DNA from: Pristiophorus japonicus
Taxonomy: Eukaryota
DNA: 64,000 nt
NCBI RefSeq assembly: GCF_044704955.1
Contig: NC_091980.1
Coordinates: 128,526,001-128,590,000, forward strand
Direction of reading: 5' to 3'
Position 1 is the stretch's first letter. Each line of letters opens with the position of its first letter. The notes under the pieces are model-generated. The model worked only from the letters and a program-made list of their open reading frames with translations, was not told the origin of the DNA and did no database searches. Made by a program: the position numbers and the translations under genes. Positions 58,459 to 64,000 of this stretch are shown in pieces.

Positions 58459-61400
58459 TGTTATGTCCACAATAAATCCACAGGACTGCATTGTAAGCTC
58501 AAACTGTTGTGACCTTGGTCTCTTTATTCAGACTCCAGACTGAGGATGCAGCATGGTGAATCCCCTTTTATAACTGCTTGGCCCAGGGTGCACAGGTGAC
58601 CCTTAGGTCTCCCACAGGTGTGCTGCCTCATGGCAAGTCTTATATTTTGGTAAGGTTTACATACATACATAACATCACTCCCCCCAAAGTCTTATGTACA
58701 AGTTATTTGTAAGTTGAGACGATCTGGCGCCCCACGTCCCCGGGTCGATCACCTGGGTTGAAGTCCTGATGTGGCGGGTTCATCGATGGTGAAGTTGATG
58801 GTGTTAGTGGGTCGTTGGGGTCAGGTTCTTTCACAATGGTTCCTGGTTATCTGTAGTTCGCAGTTTGGGCTTGTCCAAATGCTTTACTCATTAGCGCGGT
58901 ACATGGTTTCATAATAAACGACTCCGTTTTCATCACATACACTCCGTTACCCCCTTGGCTAAAGCGGTGCTAGCAGCCCAACTGGGGCCCTGAACATGGT
59001 CTACATCACTTAATCTGATGTCGTGTGGAGGGGCCGTGCAATTATGGTGCATTCTCTGCTGACGGCACATAGAAGGCTCGGTTCTGAGTGATTCTGTCTG
59101 GTGACTGCGTTGCACACAGGCTAGCCGTGTCCATAGGGAGTCTACCGTGACACGCGTGGTGCTAGGTTTAGTGATTTGGGCTGCCTCCTACAAGCTATTG
59201 TCGCTGTCCCTGAGGTCTGGCAAGCCCAGGATGGCCACAATGGCCTTGAGACTTTGGGTAGAGGCGCGGGGCCTAGTGGTCCCCGTGGAACTTCGGCCGT
59301 AATATGGGGGCCCCGGACCACTGACTGTGTGTAGCCACCCTGCCTTACTTTGCAACGTTGGGATGGGTCTTTCTTCTCTGTTCTGTTTGGAGAAAGAGTC
59401 AGACTGAACACTGTGAGCTTAAAGTATTGTGTGAACTTAGTTTTTTATTGCAGGTCTCCAGAGTGCCTCCCCAAACTGTGAGGCCTCCTAAATACCTGTG
59501 CTCCCAAGGGATTATGGGATCCAGGGGATGAACCCTCTGATGGCTGTACAGAGCATATACAAGTATACATATATAACAACACTCTCCCCCAAAGCCAACA
59601 GTGTAACTATTTACAATGTGAGTCGATCTGGGGCTCTTCTTGCCCTGGTTCATCGTCTCGGTGTGAAAGCTGGTGTTAGAGAATCAATTGTTGGGCCCTC
59701 ACTGGTCTGCCATGCAGCTAGCCTTGCTGGGCTGCCTAATGTGGTCGGTCCTGTTGGGCTGCTGCGGATGATGGGTTCTGCTTCGTGGTCAACCGTGGTG
59801 CTGGTTGGCACTGGCGTGTATGTTGGGGGGTCAAAGAAGGTAGGGTCCAAAGTGGATTGCTCAGGATAGTCCGTTAATCTGAGTTTTATTTGGTCCAAGT
59901 GTTTCCGGTGAATGAGTCCATTTGAAAGTTTGACCCGAAACACCCTGCTTCCCGCTTTGGCCACAACAGTGGCGGGAAGCCACTTGGGATCTTGGCCATA
60001 ATTCAATACAAATACAGGACCATTGATTTCAATTTTGCGTGACACATTCATGGTATGCACTTTGTTGAAGCCGCCTGGTCTCTACCTGTTCATGTAGATC
60101 AGGATGAACTAACGAGAGCCATGTCTTAAGTGCTCTTTTCTTGAGCAGTTCAACAGGTGGGATCCCAGTGAGCGAGTGGGGTCTCTGGCAGTAGCTAAGC
60201 AGGACTCGGGATAGGCAAGTCTGCAGTGAGCCTTCCGTTACCCTCTTGGTTTGCACTGCTCTCTCTGCCTGATCATTGGACATTGGTTTAAACGCAGCAG
60301 ATGTGACATGTTTGATCCCTTGCGGGTCATGAATTCTTTGAACTCAGCACTGGTAAAACATGGCCCGTTGTCGCTCACCAGCACATTGGGTAGGCCGTGT
60401 GTGGCAAACATGGCGCGCGGGCTTTCATTAGTGGCAGCGGACGTGCTAGCCGACATTGTCTCACATTCAATCCATTTGGAGTACGCATCTACAACGACAA
60501 GGATCATTTTAGCCAAGAACGGGTCTGCATAGTCGACATGTACCCTAGACCACGGTTTGGTGGGACAAAACCATAAACTGAGCAGCACCTCCCTCGGTAC
60601 TTTGCTTAACTGCGAACATGTATTACATCTGTGCACACAGGACTCAAGTCCGCATCAATACCGGCCCACCACACGTGGGATCTGGCTATCGCTTTCATCA
60701 TTACAATGCTTGGGTGGGTACTGTGCAGGTAACTGATGAAGGTGTCTCTGCACTTCTTAGGTACCACTACATGATCGCCCCACAGAAGGCAGTCTGCCTG
60801 TATAGACATTTCATCTTTGCACCGCTGGAACGGCTTTATTTCTTCCTGCATTTCTACAGGGACACTGGACCTGCTCCCATGAAGCACACAGTTTTTGACG
60901 AGGAACAATAGGGGATCCTCGCTCGTGCAGATTTTGATCTGCCGGGCAGTGACGGGTGAATGCTCACTCTCAACTGCTTCCATAACCATGGCTAAATCTG
61001 CGGGCCGCGCCATTTCCATCCCCGTGGTGGGCAATGGCAGTCTGCTGAGAGCATCAGCGCATTTGTCTTTGCCTTGCCTGTGGCGGATGGCGTAGTTTTA
61101 TGTGGACAATGTGAGCACCCATCGCTGGACGCAAGCCGATGCAATCGTATTTATCCCTTACTCTCGGAAAACAGGGATATGAGTGGCTTATGGTCAATTA
61201 CCAATTCGAATTTTAGCCCAAACAGATATTGATGCAATTTCTTTACCCCATAGACATACGCTAATGTTTCTTTTTCAATCATGCTGTCGGCTCGCTCAGC
61301 CTTCGACAGACTCCTGGATGTGTAAGCAACCAGTTGCAGTTTCCCAAAATCATTAGCTTGTTGCAATACACACTCGACGCCATATGATGACGCATCACAT

Positions 61401-64000
61401 GCTAGTACCAAATGCTTACATGGAATATATAACACAAGCAATTTGTTTGAGCATAACAATTTTCTCGTTTTTATGAAGGCATTTTCTTGGCTTTTGCCAC
61501 ATGCCCATTAATCCCCTTTTCACAGTAAGACATACATTGGTTCTAACAGTGTGCTGAGACCCGAAAAGAAGTTACCAAAGTAGTTCAGGAGTCCTAGAAA
61601 CGACCGCAGCTCTGTCATGTTCTGTGGCCTCGGTTCTTCTCGATTGCCCCCTTCTTTGAGTTGGTGGGCCTGATGCCATCCGCCGCAATCCTGCTTCCCA
61701 AGAACTCCACTTCAGGCTGCAGGAAAATGCACTTCTAGCGTTTTAACCTGAGCTCATGCGGTTGAGTTGAGTAAGAACATTCTACAGGTTCTGCAGATGC
61801 TTGACTGTGTCCCAACCTGTGACCAAGATGTCGTCCTGGACGACCACGATGTGCAGGACCGACTTCAGTAAGCTTTCCATGTTTTTCTGGAATATCGCCG
61901 CAGCTGATCGAATTCCAAACGGGCATCAGTTATAAATAAAAAGACCATTGTGCGTGTTGATGCAGGTGAGGCCCTTAGATGATTCCTCCAGTTCCTACAT
62001 CATATAGGCTGAAGTCAGATCCAGCTTTGTGAACAGCTTTCCTCCCGCCAGCGTTGCAAAGAGGTCGTCGGCCTTTTGGTAGTGGGTATTAGTCCTGCGG
62101 GGAGAAATAATTAATAGTTACTTTGTAATCGCCACAGATTCTGCCGGTGCCGTCTCCCTTGAGGACTGGGACAATCGGACTGGCCCACTCGTTGAACTCG
62201 ATTGGTGAAATGACACCCTCTCTTTGCAGCTGGTCTAGCTCAATCTCTCCCCTTTCTCTCATCATGTACGGTACTGCACTCGCCTTGTGATGGATGTGTT
62301 GCGCCCCCGAAATTAGGTGGATCTGCACTTTTGTTCCTTGGAATTTCTCGATGCCTGGTTCGAACAGCGAAGGAAATTTGTTCAAGACCTGGGCACACGA
62401 AGTGTCATCAGTGGGCAATAGTGCTCGGACGTTGTCCCAGTTCCAGCGTATCTTTCCCAGCCATCTCCTGCCGAGCAGCGTGGGACCATCGCCCCGGTAC
62501 CACCCACAGTGGTAGGTTATGCACCGCTCCACCATAGGAGACCTTTATGGTAGTACTGCCGATTACAGGAATCAGTTCTTAGTTTCGTGCAAACTGGAAT
62601 TAAGACTGGCCTTGAGGCCTTGCTGCACACAATTTTCGAAAGTCTTTTTTCCCATGTGGGACTGGCTCGCGCCTGTGTCCAGCTCCATTTACACCGGGAG
62701 TCCATTTAGTTCAACATTCAGCATTTACGGGGGACACTTTGTAGTGAATGTGTGCACCCCATGTACCTCTGTCTCCTCGGTCTGGGGCTCTGGTTCATCG
62801 TGATCCTCCGTGGATCTGTCCTTATCTACAACATGGTGGTTTGCAGGATTAACAGGATTTGCAGCTCTCCTGCACATACGTTGGAGATGTCCCATTGTTC
62901 CACAGCCCATGAAAACGTACCCTATGAATTGGCATGAATGGAAATGATGATCACCCCCGCAGCGCCAACAAGGTGTTAATGGACTAGCATTCATCACCCT
63001 TGATGGTGGAGACATCTGCGGACGTGCAGCTGCAAGCATGTGTGACATGCCCTGTACATTGCAATTTGAAAACAGCATCACTTTGTTCACAGTACTTGTA
63101 GCAGCACTCATGTGCTGAGAGATTTGCTTAGTATTGTCACTGGTGGCAATTAACGCCTGGGCTATCGCTATGGCCTTGTTCAAGTTTGGGGTCTCGACAG
63201 TCAAAAGTTTGCGAAGTATGGTTTCGTGGCCAATGCCAAGTACAAAAAAGTTTCTGAGCATGTGCTCCAAATGTCCTTCAAATTCGCAATGTCCTGCAAG
63301 ACGTCTTAGCTCGGTGGCATAACTCGCCACTTCCTGACCTTCAGAACTTTTGTCGGTGTTGAACGGGTATCTCGCCATTAGAACACTTACCTTTGGGTTC
63401 AAATGCTCTCAGACCAGTGTGCACAAATCATCTTATGATTTCTCCGTGTGTTTCGCTGGAGTAAGCAAATTTTTCATGAGGCCATATGTCGTTTGGCAGT
63501 GTTCTCATCTCCATCTAGCTCGTTGGCTCCGAATTATTGGTCGAGTCGCTCCACATAAGTTTCCCAATCATGTCCCTCCGAGAATTTCTCCAGGATGCCC
63601 ATTGTTCTCTGCATCTTTGGGTTCACTATCTGTATCTCGTCGCCAGTTGTTATGTCTGGAGAAAGTGTCAGACTGAACACTGTGAGCTTAAAATAAAGTG
63701 CAACCTTAGTCTTCTATTTCATGTCTCCAGAGCGCCTCTCAAACCTGTGAGGCCTCCTTAAATACCTGTGCTCCCAAGGGATTATGGAATCCCTTGGGAC
63801 TCCAGGGGATGAGCCCTCTAGTGGCTGTACAGAGCATATACAAGTATACCGATATAACAGTCTCTGCGATGGCTAGGTTGCCACATCCCGTCAAGCAGTT
63901 CACCTTTGGCAACTGGTAACCTGGGATCCTGGCATGTCCAGGTCCTAGGCTGGGGGGCCATTACGGTTGACCCCTTGCTTTCTAGGAATTCCACGACCGT
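58459..64000 (-). mobile_element. Host Gypsy element (3' LTR 58459-58674, internal 58675-59378, resumes at 63860 to window end)
   Basis: TGTTATG..ATAACA LTR, PPT rc TCACTCCCCCC, degenerate integrase C-terminus (GPSW..). Confidence 0.7.
59379..63859 (-). mobile_element. Ty3/Gypsy LTR retrotransposon nested in another Gypsy; related to the 26.5-31.1 kb element
   Basis: LTRs 59379-59578 and 63648-63859; PBS TGGCGACGAG (rc 63636-63645); TSD TTCTC/GTCTC; gag CWRCGG, RT RICGDYK, IN HVDYADPF. Confidence 0.93.

Overview
Eukaryotic (vertebrate) genomic DNA; the repeat content (CR1-, L2-, RTE-, Tx1- and Penelope-type retroelements, tRNA-derived SINEs) suggests a cartilaginous fish. The only host genes are four tandem, same-strand, 4-exon ferritin (H/M-subunit type) paralogues. 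Copy 1 (11885-13967) and copy 4 (48045-49927) encode intact 176-aa proteins. Copy 2 (22363-25055) is intact except for ATG>CTG and a mutated TATA box. Copy 3 (35644-37793) is a frameshifted pseudogene. The copies sit in ~10-13 kb segmental-duplication units later filled with three decayed full-length Gypsy LTR elements, part of a fourth, two PIF/Harbinger-like non-autonomous elements and many LINE/SINE fragments. Most notable observations: (i) all four 5' UTRs carry a degenerate iron-responsive element (loop CAAAGU/CAAACU instead of CAGUGN); (ii) a six-unit Tx1 array at 32.9-34.7 kb with one target-site repeat, shared 5' breakpoints but different 3' tails, plus a ~390-bp 'giant TSD' at 15.5-16.7 kb, both suggesting repeated insertion resolved by homology with a resident copy; (iii) a LINE whose 5' end is the tRNA-derived head of the local SINE. 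Most ORFs in the six-frame track are repeat fragments or noise. All alignments were done by eye.
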